The notes beneath the pieces were generated by a model. That model was not told where the DNA came from and did not search any database. It saw only the letters and a program-made list of their open reading frames with translations. Position numbers and translations under genes: made by a program. Positions 12,260-24,812 of a stretch of DNA of 64,000 nt are shown in pieces (the stretch's first letter is position 1; each line of letters begins with the position of its first letter). The DNA is taken from the NCBI RefSeq assembly GCF_963921235.1, contig NC_086108.1, forward strand, positions 100,132,001 to 100,196,000, in the 5' to 3' direction. The DNA is from Mobula hypostoma (Eukaryota).

Positions 12260-13730
12260 GTTTTAAGGACGTGAATAGGCAGATGCAGGAATCATTGTGT
12301 TCAGAGCCCAGGTCGGAATGCTTCGGGGTCAAAGGTCAGGTAGGCAGGCGCTGAGAAAACTGCTGGTTCCCAGGTTGGTGAATCTCGAGTCAGAGACACA
12401 TACAGGCGGGAGCCATGAGGGCTGGTGGTGCCCCAGGCCACTGGGATCAGAGGTCCATGCTAGTCCAGAATTCGAGGCCCGAATGTCAAACCCATGACTG
12501 GGTCAAACCCATACCCCTTCTACTTCTGAGTATTAACCAAGGCCTGAGGTCAATACCCAGAAGTAGGAGGCCCAAAGGCCGAAAACTGGAGGAGGTGAGC
12601 CCAGAAGCAGAGGACCAATAAACAGGTCTGCAAGTCCACACCAGGGACTGAAAGTTGGAGACACGAGGTCTGCAAATCTGGAAGTCCAGAGGCAAGCAGT
12701 GGGGGCCCAGGGGTTGGAGGACTACCTGTGAGTGTGAATGGATGTGTCTGAGGGTGGGAAAAGGGCTTGTCTTGTCTTATTCTGTGTTGCTGATGTTGCT
12801 TGTGTTGTTCCGCTGAACATTATTGACATACAATGTTGGCACCAGAATGTGTGACGATACTCTCAGACTGGCCCAAAAACATTCTTCGGTGTGTTGGTTG
12901 TTAAAGCAAACAATGCATTTCACAGTATGTTTTCAAGTTCATATTTACTGTCATTCAACTGTATACATGTATATCACCGAACGAAACATTGTTCCTCCAG
13001 ACCAAGGTGCACAATGCAGTACATATGACTCACATACATAACCCATAAACTAAATGAAAATAAATTAAATAATCATAATAATGTGTATATACAACACGTT
13101 AAAAAGTAAACAGTATTATGCTACTGGTGCTTCATATGTGATGAGACCTGGGTGGTGGCAGGGAGTTCAGTAGTCTTATGTCCTGGAGGAAGAAACATCC
13201 CAACAGTTCTTGTCTTAATGCTATGGTACCTCCTGGCTGATGGTAGGGGGCCAAAGAGATGGTTGGATGGATCGGAGGGTGGGAGGGTTCATCGACAATG
13301 CTAAGGGTCCTGCTCATGCAGTGGTCCTGGTAACAATCTCTAATGGGTGGAAGAGAGATCCCGAATTTCCACTCAACAATCCTCACAATCCGTTACAGCA
13401 ATTTGTGGTCAGATGCCTAGCAATTCCCATATCAAACAGTGATGCGGCTGCTCAGGACACTCTCAATGCTGCTGCTGTAAAAATAGGTTAAAATGACTCG
13501 GGAAGCCTCTCTCACCTCAATCTCCTCAGGAAGTGGAGACGCTGCCGTGCTTTTTTTGACCAAAGATGTGGTGTTGAGGGAACTGGTAAGATCGTACATT
13601 ATGTGCACTCCCAGATACTTGGTGCGACTAACTCTCACCACAGAGGATCTGTGTATGTGCAGCGAGGAATGGTCAGCCTGCACCTTTCCGTGATATACAT
13701 GTGATAAATAGATGTAAATCTAAATCTAAC
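12260..13730 (+). mobile_element. GC-rich internally repetitive element with shared SINE tail; tail interrupted by a Rex1-like fragment (~12935-13690, minus)
   Basis: Repeated GAGGCCC/GAGGTC/AAGTCC motifs, then CTGAACATT...TGTTGGCACCAGAATGTGTGACG...CATTTCACAGTATGT. Tail resumes at ~13690 with TGATATACATGTGATAAATA. The insert translates KYLGVHIMYDLTSSLNT. Confidence 0.6.
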
Positions 13731-13829
13731 TGAGTTCAAATCTCATGATGGGGACTAGGAATTTAACTTTAAAGTGATTAAATAAAATGCTAGCACTATA
13801 ATGCTGACCATTAAATTAATGAGTTATAA

Positions 13830-13974
13830 ACACAAGGGATTCCGTGGATGCTGTAAATCCAAAGCAACACACACACACACGCACAAAGTGCTGGAGGAAC
13901 TGAACAGGTCAGGCAGCATCTATGGAGAGGAATAAACAGTTGAGGTTTTGGTCCGAGACCCCTCATTAGGAAGC
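13830..13974 (-). mobile_element. Penelope-like pseudo-LTR fragment with degenerate minimal hammerhead
   Basis: Minus strand CTAATGAGGGGTCTCGGACCAAAACCTCAACTG followed by the pLTR tail GATGCTGCCTGACCTG. Confidence 0.75.
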
Positions 13975-14221
13975 TTCAGTCAATTAATGAGTTGTGAAAA
14001 CCCATGTTCACTCCAACACAATCTGGCCCATATCTGTCACTAAACACATACCTATGGAACTAATATCTGTCACTAAACCCATATCTATGGGGCTAATCTT
14101 TAATTGGTTAGTGGGACACTCAGTTCAAGCACAATAACAGATGGGCAATAAAGCTGCCCTTGCCAATATCCCATGACTTTATAAAGATGAAAGTCTAACA
14201 CGGGGTGTTATTCTCAAATTC

Positions 14222-14535
14222 TCCAAGAGGACCACAACTTTGCTTTGGTTTGAAGACTTGTGTGCCACAGTAACTGCAAGAGCTATGTCAGAGCTTTAGG
14301 CTTTGGCTCTCAGTAGGGTCATCCATTCCAAACAAGTCAAAGGGTAGAGGCAAGACTAGGAGTTGTCCACTGGTCCTCCAGATTGGGGGGTTTAGCTCAG
14401 GACTAACAATACTGATTTGTTACGGAAATAGCAATGAAGAATCCTTCTACATCTGAGTGGCCAACGTCAGGCAGAGATGGAGGACCGCCATTGCTGCCCT
14501 CAACGCCAGCAGTGTAAGGGGCAGAAAGTAAGTAC
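14222..14535 (+). mobile_element. RTE (Rex3/Expander-like) derived non-autonomous element
   Basis: 5'UTR-like GAGCTATGTC...GTAGGGTCATCCATTCCAAAC fused to a short AAGTAAGTA tail. The head resembles 52655-53012 (-). Confidence 0.5.
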
Positions 14536-16935
14536 AATTACTGGTACAACACTGAGCTCTTCTGCAGATTGTGTCGTCACTTTGCACTGAGATGAGGCAA
14601 TCTCGGGGTTAAATGTTAGCTGAGCTTGAAGTTCCTTTTTTGTCTTGAGTACAAGATACACCTGAGCTTACACCCAATGCTCCGAGTATTTTATAAATGT
14701 CAATATATTCCCCAAGTCTCCTCCTATTTTCATTAGAATGTGCCCGAACTTAAAATGAGCCAAAATCAGCATAAACAATTGGAGCCTAAGGGAAATAGCA
14801 AAAACCCATGCAATATACTTCTTTAAGTATGCAAATTTCAGGTTTCAACTCATTTAACCGTCATTCATGCCCATTGGGCACAGCAGGGTTAAGAACATGC
14901 ACAAGGGGAGGTTTCTCAGCTTTTAAGGTGACTTACACGGATGTCACGAGGATCCACTCAAAGAAGAAGAAAATACTGAGTGGGTTGCACAGAAGATCAT
15001 ATATCCAGTGCAAAATAGATGCAAAGAAACACAATTAACTTTCCTTCCAGCCTGAGCATCTGAAATACTGGCTGCTTTTTTTAAAAACACACACTTACTC
15101 TGACTTTCAACCTGTTCCAACATCTCTGAACTCTCACTATCATCCATAGACAGAAGGAGAGGCTTGGCCACTGGCTTGGGTGGAGATTGGTCTCAGATGA
15201 CGTATGCGAATTGGAAGAGATGTGGTTAAGCACATAAGTTCTGTAGTTGTTAAGGTGCTTTAATTGGTCTGATTCAGATCACGGGGCAACTTTTTCACAC
15301 ATGCTGGATATATGGAAAGAACTGCCAGAGGAAGTGGTAGAGGTAGATAAAATAGCTGTGTTTAAATGGTGTATAGACACTTGCATGGCTGTACAGACCA
15401 AGTCTTTGGGTGTTTTTTTTTTATATTTTGAGATACAGCATGGAATAGGCCCTTCTGGTGCTTTGAGCCCCCGGCCTAATCATGAGACAATTTACAATGA
15501 CCAACTAACCTCCCAACCGGTGTTTAGACTGTGGGAAGGAACTGGAGCACCCAGAGGAAACCCATGTGGTCACGGGGGTCGCTGGTACCGTAAAACGTTG
15601 TGCTAACCACTACGCTACCGTGCCATGTTATGGGGAGAATGGGATTGAGTGGGATAATAAATCAACCATGATGGAATGATTAATTTGACTCGATAGGTCG
15701 AAAGGTTTAATTCTGCTCCTATGTCTTATGGTCTTTAGGGGGATATGGGAAAGCATGAGGAAATGAGACTAACACGAGAAGACAGCTTGGTTGGCATGAA
15801 TGAATTGGCCGAATGGCCTGTTTCTGTGCTGTGTGACTCTATGATTCTATAAATATCATGTACAAAATGCATCACAATTTATGACTAGACGACTCTGGCA
15901 GCATCTCACAAACAAACGCCAGATTCACTAAACAGGACAAGGAAGCAGGTGCAGGGCAACTCTATTACCTGCAGGTTCCCCTCCAACTTGGAAATACTGT
16001 GTATCGCTGGTCACCTGGTCCACACACAAAAACTCCCTGCCCAGTGGGAGCAGCTTCACTAGAAACACTGCAGTGATTCAAGATGGCTGCATTCTCGTCC
16101 CATAGATGACTAAACAAGTTATTCAGGACAGGTAGCTAAATGTTTGTACAATGACACAGGATTTTAAAGGAGGAGAGAGAGAGTGAATCAGACATATGTT
16201 GTGAAATTTGTTGTTTTGAGGCAGCAGTACAGTGTAATACATATAAAAATTACAATAAGAAATATATATTCTTTTAATTAAATTACATAAGTAATGTGAA
16301 TATGGAGCAAAAATAGTGAGGTAATGTTCATGGTTGTTTCATTGCCCATTCAGATGGTGGAGGGGAAGAAGCTGTTCCTAAAATCTCCAGGGTCCTGTGC
16401 TACCTCCCTGATGGTAACAATGAGAAGAGGGCATGTCCTGGGTGGTGGGGGTCACCGATGAAGGATGCTTCCTTTAAGAGGCATCGACTTTTAATGATGT
16501 CCTTACCTTTTGAAGAGGCAAAGGGTTCTGGAACAGCAATTTAGCATTTAGGACCCATGCAACAAAATACACCAGCCATGACTGATAGGCAGATGAATAG
16601 ATGACATCTAAATAACGGAACCTTATTTTTCCTCGTTGGCATTTAAATATGCATTTCTGATGCTAATGAGAAAATGGTGCTGCAAATCTCTCTCCTCTTC
16701 CTCAACAGGCTAAAAAAAATCAAAGTACAACAAAAGATCAAACTGCTGAATGTTTTAGAAATAACTTCTCCCCCTCCACCATCAGATTTCTGAAAGGCTC
16801 ATAAACACTACTTCACTATTTTGCACTCTTTTTGCATTACTTGTTTATATTATATACATTTATTATTATAGCTTATAGTTTTTTTAATGTATTGCACTGT
16901 ACTGCTCTACAAAACAACAAATTCTATGACATAAG

Positions 16936-17069
16936 CACAAGGAAGTCTGCAGTTGCTGGAAATCCAAAGCAACACACACAAAATGCAGGAGGTACTCAGC
17001 AGGTCAGGCAGCGTCTATGGAAATGAATAAACATTCAATGTTTCAGGCCGAGACCCTTCTTCATGACCT
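16936..17069 (-). mobile_element. Penelope-like pseudo-LTR fragment with degenerate hammerhead
   Basis: Minus strand ATGAAGAAGGGTCTCGGCCTGAAACATTGAATG plus pLTR tail. Confidence 0.75.
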
Positions 17070-17109
17070 ATGTCAGTGATAATAAACCTGATTCTAATTC
17101 CGATTTTCC

Positions 17110-18390
17110 TCAACTTGAAGGATTAATGTTTGAGGAGCATTTGATGTCTCTGGGCCTGTATTGGCTGGAGTTTAGAAGAATGAAGGGGGATCTTATTGAA
17201 ACCCATTGAATATTGAAAAAGTAGAAGTGGAGAGGATGTTTCCTATAGTGTGGAAGTCTAGGACCACAGCGCACAGCCTCAGAATAGAAGGATGTCCCAT
17301 TAAATAGAGATGAGGAGGAATTTCTTTAGCCAGAGGGTGGTGAATCTGTGGTATTCAAACTTCAAGATTCAACATTCAAGACTGTTTAATCTAATTTCCA
17401 GTACACAAGTGTGAAGGAGAATGAAATAATTGTTACTCCAGATCTGAGGAAGCACAAAAATCACAATATAATAAAGACCACAATAATAAAGTAAACATAA
17501 TAAATATGAATACATAAGTTATATGCATAGATTGATTGTATATCCAGAAAGTTACACTAGGTACAGGAGCTTTTTATATATAAGGTGACTGACAGGACAT
17601 AATAAAGTAGTGGTGGTTGGGGGTGTGGAGGAGTGGGTTAGTGGCTGGAGGTGTTGATCAGCCTTACTGCTCGGGAAATGTAACTCCTTTTGAGTCTGGT
17701 GATCCTGCTCTGGATGCTATGTAACCTCCTTCCTGATGGGAGTGGGACAAACAGTCCACGAGCAGGGTGGGTGAGATCCTTCATGATGTTGCTGACCTTT
17801 GTCCAGCATCTTTCTGTATATACGTCCTTGATGGCAGGTAGGCTGTGCTGGGCAGTTTTGACCATCTGTTTTAGAGCCACAACAATGTAGTTCCTGCAAC
17901 ACATTGCCACAGTCAAGCTGTGGAGGCCAAGTCATTTGGTACATTTAAAGCAGAGGTTTATTGGTCCTTTACTAGGAAAGAGTCAAAGGTTAATTGATTG
18001 ATTGGTTGACATACAGCATGGAATAGGCCATTCTGGCCCTTTGAGCTGTGCTGCCCAGCAACCCACAGATTTAATCTGACCCTAATCATGGAACAATTTA
18101 CATTAACCAATTAACCGAGCAACTGGTACGTCGGTGGGAGGAAACCAGAGCACCCAGAGGAAACACATGCTTAATAGGGAGAACATACAAACTCCTTACA
18201 GGCGGAAGTGGGAATTGAACCCAAGTCACCAGTACTATAAAACGTTGCGCTAATCACTACACGTTCGTGCTGCCCAATAGAAGAAGGCAGGAGAATGGGG
18301 TTGAGAGGAATAATAAATCAGTCATGACTGAAGGTGGAGCAGTCTTGATGGTTTGAATAACCTAATTCTGCTCTTATGTCTTATGGTCTA
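17110..18390 (+). mobile_element. CR1 3' fragment with nested Rex1-like (~17356-17900, -) and tRNA-SINE (~17995-18275, -) insertions
   Basis: CR1 sequence breaks at GTGAATCTGTGGTATTCA, resumes at ATTGCCACAG, breaks again and ends TATGTCTTATGGTCT. Confidence 0.8.
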
Positions 18391-18959
18391 ACTGAAAAAA
18401 ATATTTTCCGCCTGTGTCTCCTGTGCCCCACCAAGGTCAGCAGTTTATAATGTGCTTAATTGGATCTGGAGTAGACCTTTCAAACATCAGGCTAAACTGC
18501 AACAGGTAAACTTAGTGATTTATGGTGAAATAGTGTTAAGAAAAAGGTCATTTTGCCGGCATAATGTGAAATAGTTACAGACCAAACAATTTTCCAATCT
18601 TGCACTGTATAAACTTTGCTTTTTCCTTTTGCTCTTTCTTCCATGCAATGGCGTCACTGCCAGCCAGCTTTATCATTAACACTAACAAGTAGCATTAAGC
18701 AAAAGAATGTTTAACTCACTGCATTATAAACCAACAGCGTTAAGTAAGAGAGAAATGGTGAAAGAGAGAAAGAAGGAGAGAGAGAGAGAGTGCTGTTGGC
18801 AAATGCAGAACTACATGTTCATTTGGTTACTAAGGGAAGCACATAGCTGAGGACTGTTCACTGCTGTTGTAAATTCCTGCCCCAGGGCTTGTAGGCCAGC
18901 TCTCAATTACATGAGGTCTATGTTCATGGACAGTGTTTGGCATCCGATTGAGGGTCCAC

Positions 18960-19265
18960 TGCAGCTAATTAATTTCATTAGGAAGTGAAGTCATCTTCGA
19001 GCAGGAATTAATATTTGGAGCTTCATGTTGCTAATTCATTTCCAGATTTAATTAGCTCGGAGAAGAAATGTTGCTTGGGCAAGAGGACTTTTTAATTATC
19101 AGCTTGGATAAATTTGAGAATGTTGATGCCTAGGGGTTGAGTTAATTAAAACCTGCATTATTTTAAGTTTAATTAGCTCCCATCTTTGTTTTGCTTTACC
19201 ATATGGCCATGTCCTGTAGTCAAATTTAGTTAATTAAGCTAATTAAGCTAATCATTTTAATTACT
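18960..19265. promoter_or_regulatory. Candidate enhancer / conserved non-coding element with a homeodomain-site cluster
   Basis: Eight TAATTA palindromes starting at 18966, 19049, 19093, 19143, 19170, 19231, 19240 and 19258, in a block with no recognisable repeats (~18400-19780). Confidence 0.55.
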
Positions 19266-20156
19266 CAAGACAATGTGATTGGATACAGGATGACTACAAG
19301 TTTATGGCCAACTACTTACTTTTCATTAAGCTGAAGGGACAGAACGGTTTCTGATTGCGACTGGCAAGCAATGCCACAGAGTTCAGAGAATGTGACAGCC
19401 TCGGAGATATTAAGGCTGAAGTCTAATTGCATACTTTGATAAAACAAAATGTCAGTAACACAACTCTTTTAAACATGAGAATAATTTAGTCCAGTGGCTA
19501 TTAACATTCCTAAAATAGCTGCAATGTCAGGGGACATTTGCACACCATTTTACTAACCGGAAAAACCAGAGATGCCTTATTCAACTTGTGAATTTTCAGC
19601 TCATTAAGGTAGTATGTGTGTATTAACAGCCACCTTGTTTTGGTTTTGTTCTTTAAATACATTGACAACTCTATTTCCACATATTCATGGCTATAATATA
19701 TTTCTAGCTGAGGGAAGTTTTCAAATAAATTAATCCTGAAAATCAGTGAAATTAAAGTGGGGCTTTTCACCCTGATTTGGCGTAGGTTTCACTTTGGGCA
19801 GATGCACAAAATGAACAGATCGTCTGGTATGGAGGAGCCACTGCACAGGGTCATAAAAAGCTGCAAAGGGTTGCAAACCCAGCCAGCTCCATCCTGGGCA
19901 CTAACCTCCCCAGCACTGAGGACCACCCCGAAAGGCGCCATCCATCATTACGGACCCCCATCAGCCACGGCATGCCTTCTTCTCATTGGCACCACCGGGG
20001 AGGAGGCACAACAGCCTGAAGGCCCACACTCAACATGTTACAAACTTCTTCCCCTCCACCATCTGATTTATGAACTGACGGTGAACAATGAACCAACCCA
20101 TGAACACTGCTTCACTATTTTTGCTCTCTGTCTGCACTACTCACTTAATTTATGTA

Positions 20157-20628
20157 CAGTACCGTCAAAAGCCTTGGGCACAATATAAAGCTAGGGTGCC
20201 GAAGACTTGCACAGTACTATATTTGTCAGCGCGGAGCAGAGAGTTGTAAATCTGTTGGGAATGGAGAAGGTGGAGTGCCCCGGGAGGGAGGTGTGACCAG
20301 GGGCAGGGAGTGACTCGGGTGCAGATACACCCAGCCCTGAGACCCCAGGCAAGGTCATCTGATTCCAAACAATTGCTTTATTGATCACTACAGAATGTCT
20401 CTCTGGTGCTTCCCTCTCCCTTCTCCCTTCCCCTTTTCTCAACCATGATTCTCCCCTCCCTGCCCCTTTCGCACTCTTAGAGACCCATATCAGAATCAGG
20501 TTTATCATCACTCACATATGTCATGAAATTTGTTTTTTTTTTGAGGCCGCAGTACAGTGCAATACATAAAATTACTACAGTACTGTTGAGAAGTCTATGT
20601 ATATGCCTAAGACTTTTGCACAGTGCTG
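20157..20628 (+). mobile_element. Composite element: Tc1-type mini-MITE + ~350-bp cargo + mini-MITE (copy 1)
   Basis: Hairpins at 20157-20219 and 20578-20628 (CAGTACTGTGCAAAAGTCTTAGGCAC-like TIRs). Same cargo and junctions as 53055-54231. Confidence 0.75.
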
Positions 20629-20639
20629 TTTATATATGA

Positions 20640-21213
20640 TATTGAAGCCTCCATCATCAGGTCGACCATGGATGTTGAGTCCTAGATGTCTAGATACGCA
20701 AGTCAGGACAGTACAATATGAAGAGCAAGCAATTGCCCATGTAGCAAGCTTCCCGATCCACGTATCTGATGAGCCCAAAGGAATAGCAGAGACTGATACA
20801 ATTTAGTATCAGTAATGCTACAGGAGTTGCCAGTCAGCATTGAACTCAACATAGGTCTGCCTTGGAGACTCCAGCTCTGGATTTTTCCCTTGGGGTTTAC
20901 TCATGAAGCCTTCCCCATGAGTGAGTATACATAGCCACAAGGCAGTGGAGAGTTTTCCTTCTCCTAAATCAGTTACCAACCACGGCTGATAAGCCCCATC
21001 TGCCCAAAGCGATTGGTTTTAAGGCACCAGCCTCTGTTCCTTCTCCTATCAGGAGAAAGGGTTCCTCTGGGCTTAGTAGCTTAGCCACACATGAAGGCCA
21101 GGAGCTGGACTTGGTTGTCAGAGACTATTTGAGGTGGACGCAATTGGGAGCATTTAATAGGTAGTGGGAGGTTATCCCCACTACCACCCCAGCTATAAAA
21201 ATCTTAAGGAACC
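20640..21213 (-). mobile_element. RTE-derived non-autonomous retroelement
   Basis: Non-coding. Partial second copy at 32285-32585. The 3' half is similar to the tail of the SINEs at 6281, 33197 and 45382. Confidence 0.6.
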
Positions 21214-21870
21214 ATATGTATAGTTGTTATTGTAATTTATAGTATTTTTATGCATTGTTCTGCACTGATACCACAAAAAAAACACAAATTTCATGACAGA
21301 CTGTATGTCCGTGATATTAAACCTGACCCTGCTTCTGATTCTGACTCTGAATACCTTTCCTGATTTGCTTTCCCATTGAAGTCAATGCAAACAGAAATGT
21401 AGGCAAAGTGCCAAACATGCTCTGACCCATTTTCACACACAGGAAAGACAAATTCATATTCCTTTGTGTCCTTTAATTAGTCAGGCTTTTGTTCTCTTGT
21501 GTGGTACAGAGGCAGTTATTTTGCACGGAGACAAACCCAGTTTGGTTAAGCTGCGGCTCCCATCGAAGGAGGCAGTATCTATTGTTTTCTGCCCTGTGTT
21601 GAAGATTGATTGGACAACCTACCTTGCCATTGTTTAGTTTGGGTCTATTGTGGCCAGCAAAATGTGACACGTGGCTTTGGTACTTCCAACAGAAACACCT
21701 TAACATTTGCATTATTAAAGACTGTGCTTCTCTCAATGCCAGAGATAAGCATATAGTTTAATGAAGCAAATGTAAATGTTTCTACTATTGAAAACTAGGC
21801 CAGGTATATATACACGTGTATGTATACACGCCCTCCTCTTCCACCACCACCCTCCCCGTGGCCCCCCCAC

Positions 21871-21903
<33 letters not shown>

Positions 21904-22047
21904 CCACTCCAGAATCATATAAAAAGTGGTCTTAATAATAATGATCACAGATTTACCAGCCAGGTTGCTAACACTTCACAGAGGGGGAAATCTGTCCATG
22001 CTAACCATTCAGGCATATACGCGATGCCAGATCATCAGCATATAATG

Positions 22048-22672
22048 TTTTTTTTAGATTATGAAGACCCGCAGTCCTCTTTTATTGTCAATTAGTAATG
22101 CATGCATTAAGAAATGATGCAATATTTCCTCCAGTGTGATATCACAAAACACAGGACAGACCAAGACTGAAAAAAACTGACAAAACCACATAATTATAAC
22201 ATATAGTTACAACAGTGTAACAATACCATAACTTGATGAAGAAGTCCATGAGCACAGTAAAAGTTCAAAGTCTCTCAAATGTCCCACATCTCACGCAGAT
22301 GGGAGAAGGAAGAACTCTCCCTGCCATGCCAACCACAGTCCGACTCTGAGTCATCCGAAAACTTCGAGCCTCCGAATCAGCTCTCCGACACCGAGTACTG
22401 AGCGCCATCTCTGTCCGAACGATTCGACCTCAATCTCAGTCACCAACAGCAGGCAAAGCTGGGATTTTGAGGCCTACTCTCCGAAAGATTCCCGACCACG
22501 CAATAACAACAGCAGCGAACGAGCGTTTCAGAAATTTCTCCAGATGGTCCTCTGTACTTTCACGTCCCTCTCCATCAATCAGAATTGTCCACGGCCCCTA
22601 TTTAATAGATACGATATCATTTTTCACCAGAGGGCTGCGCATGGGCGGTGCGCTGCTCTCTCTCCTCCCGCC
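22048..22672 (-). mobile_element. Young CpG-rich non-coding retroposon
   Basis: Short poly(A) end (T-run at ~22048), CpG-rich 5' end GGCGGGAGGAGAGAGAGCAGCGCACCGCCCATGCGCAGCC, TAATG on both flanks. Confidence 0.6.
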
Positions 22673-23039
22673 TTAATGCTTAAATAGAACTTAGAACATA
22701 TATACAACATTATAGCACAATGGGTACTGACCTTTTAACCTACTGTAAGATCAATCTTGCCCATCCTTTCTACATAACCCTTTCATCCTTTCTGCTTTCA
22801 TCCATGTGCATATCTAAGAGATCCTTAAATGTCCCTTATATATCTGCCTCTACCACCAGTGTGTACCATGTACCTACCACTCTCTGTATAAAAATCTGTC
22901 TTTGACTTCCCCCTAAATTTTCCTCCCAACACAAAGTTATGCCCCCTCTCGTATTAGCCATTTCCGCACTGAGAAGAGTCTCTGGTTGTCCACTCGATCT
23001 ATGCCTCTTATTTTGTGCCTCTATCAAGTCACTTCCACC

Positions 23040-23720
23040 TTCTTCTTCTTGGGCCCTTTTCTCCCAGTGGGTGACCTCCCATCTCCATCTTCCTCTGTTC
23101 TGAGTCAGTTTCTCAGGGGTGGACTAGGGGTGTCCCCATCATCTGAATTTGGCCTCGACATCGCTCCTCCATGTGTTCTTTGGATGTCCCTTTTTTCTGT
23201 TTCCTTGGAGATTCAGTTTTAGTGACTCCATGGTGATGTTTGTTGGCTTCTTCAAGGAGTGGTCAATCCACCTCCATTTCCGTTTGTGTATTTGTATCTC
23301 TATGGGTCTCTGTTCGCTGTTTTCCCACAGTGTCTGGTTGGTTACTTTGTCAGTCCATCTGACATCTAGGATCCTTCTCAGGTACTGCTTGATGAAAGCC
23401 TGCAGTTTTTGTAGTGTCTTCTGTTGTTTTTCAGGTTTCATATCCTTATAAGAGCACGGTTTTAACATTTAAGTTGAAGATTCTGATTTTGGTTTTCCTT
23501 GATATGATTCTGGTTCTCCATACTTCCTTCAGGATGTTGAAATCTACTCTGGAATTGATGATCCTGGCTTTGACATCCTCATCTGTTTCACCATATATAC
23601 TGACAATGCTTCCAAGATAGACAAAGGAAGTCACTTCTTCCAGGGTTGTATCTCTCATCACTGTGGGTCTATTGCCGGTGCATTTTACTTTCATCACTTT
23701 TGTTTTATCTACATGGTCTT
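23040..23720 (-). mobile_element. RTE-clade LINE 3' fragment (frameshifted ORF)
   Basis: Translates VTSFVYLGSIVS..ETDEDVKARI..KTKIRIFNLNVKTVLL and LRRILDVRWTDKVTN..KRKWRWIDH. (GAA)n tail. Confidence 0.85.
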
Positions 23721-24114
23721 TGACCCAGCATGGTGGCATTAGCACACGAGAATGTTGATTTCTCCTACATCTGTTAGTTAAAGCTTCTACATCCTTTGCA
23801 TAATGGGGCGACCAAAAGTGAACACAATATTGCAAGTGTGATCTAACCGGAGGTTTATAGAACTGCAACATTTCCTCATAACTCTTAAACTCAATCCCCT
23901 AACTAATGAAGGACAACACACCATATGCCCTCTTAAGCACTCTATAACCTAGCACTGCAACTTGGATGGATCTATGAACATGAATCCCAAGATCCCTCTA
24001 TTCCTCCACATAGCTAAGAATCCTGCCATGAACCCTATATTCTGCCTTCAAATTTGACCTTCCAAAGTGAATCATTTCACACTTTTCCAGACGCCCTGTA
24101 AACTGATAATATAG

Positions 24115-24420
24115 CATCTACACTGGGGTTCACAGTCCGAATGTACCAAGTCTACACTTCAATTGACAGTTCTGGGTACAGGGACTACACTGGGATTAAC
24201 TGTTCGGGATTACAAGGACAACACTGGGGTCTTTTCTGGGCTCAGGGTCTACAAAGGGATTCACATTCTGGAGTACAGAATCAACACTGGAATTCCTTTC
24301 TGGGGTACAGACTCTACACCAGGGCCGTTCAGGGGAACAAGATTCACAGTAGGGTTCACTATTCTGGAGTACAAGGTATCCTGTACTGGGGTCTGCTCTG
24401 TACGGGGTCTACACTCAGCT
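24115..24420. repeat. Degenerate minisatellite
   Basis: Recurring ACACTGGGG(T/A)TTCAC...TCTGGGGTACAGG units of roughly 30-35 bp. Confidence 0.6.
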
Positions 24421-24610
24421 TCAAGCAAGAAAATGATTCTGCTAGCAAAGATGATACTTTTCTCCCCCCTTGAAAGGTCTGGAGTTTTTAAGAACTCTCT
24501 TCCTCAAAGGAGGCTAAAAGAAGAGTCCTTGAAGGTGTAAGGCAGAAGTAGAAAGGTTTTTGATAAGCAAGGTTATTGGGGATGGCTGAGACTGTGCAGT
24601 GAAGTTACAA

Positions 24611-24812
24611 ACCCTGCCAGCTTGTACTCCTCTGTCTCCCCTCATCTTATTCTGGCTTCTTCCCCCTTCCTTTACAATAGTGATGAAGGGTCTTGGCCTG
24701 AAACGTTGACTATTTATTCCCCTCCATAGTTGCTGCCTGATCTGCTGAGCTCCTCCAGCATTTTATTTGTGTTGCTCAAGTTTTCCACCATCTGCAGAAT
24801 CTCTTGTGTCTC
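24611..24812 (+). mobile_element. Penelope-like pseudo-LTR with degenerate hammerhead
   Basis: GTGATGAAGGGTCTTGGCCTGAAACGTTGACT at 24675-24712 plus pLTR tail. Inserted in a CR1 tail. Confidence 0.8.
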
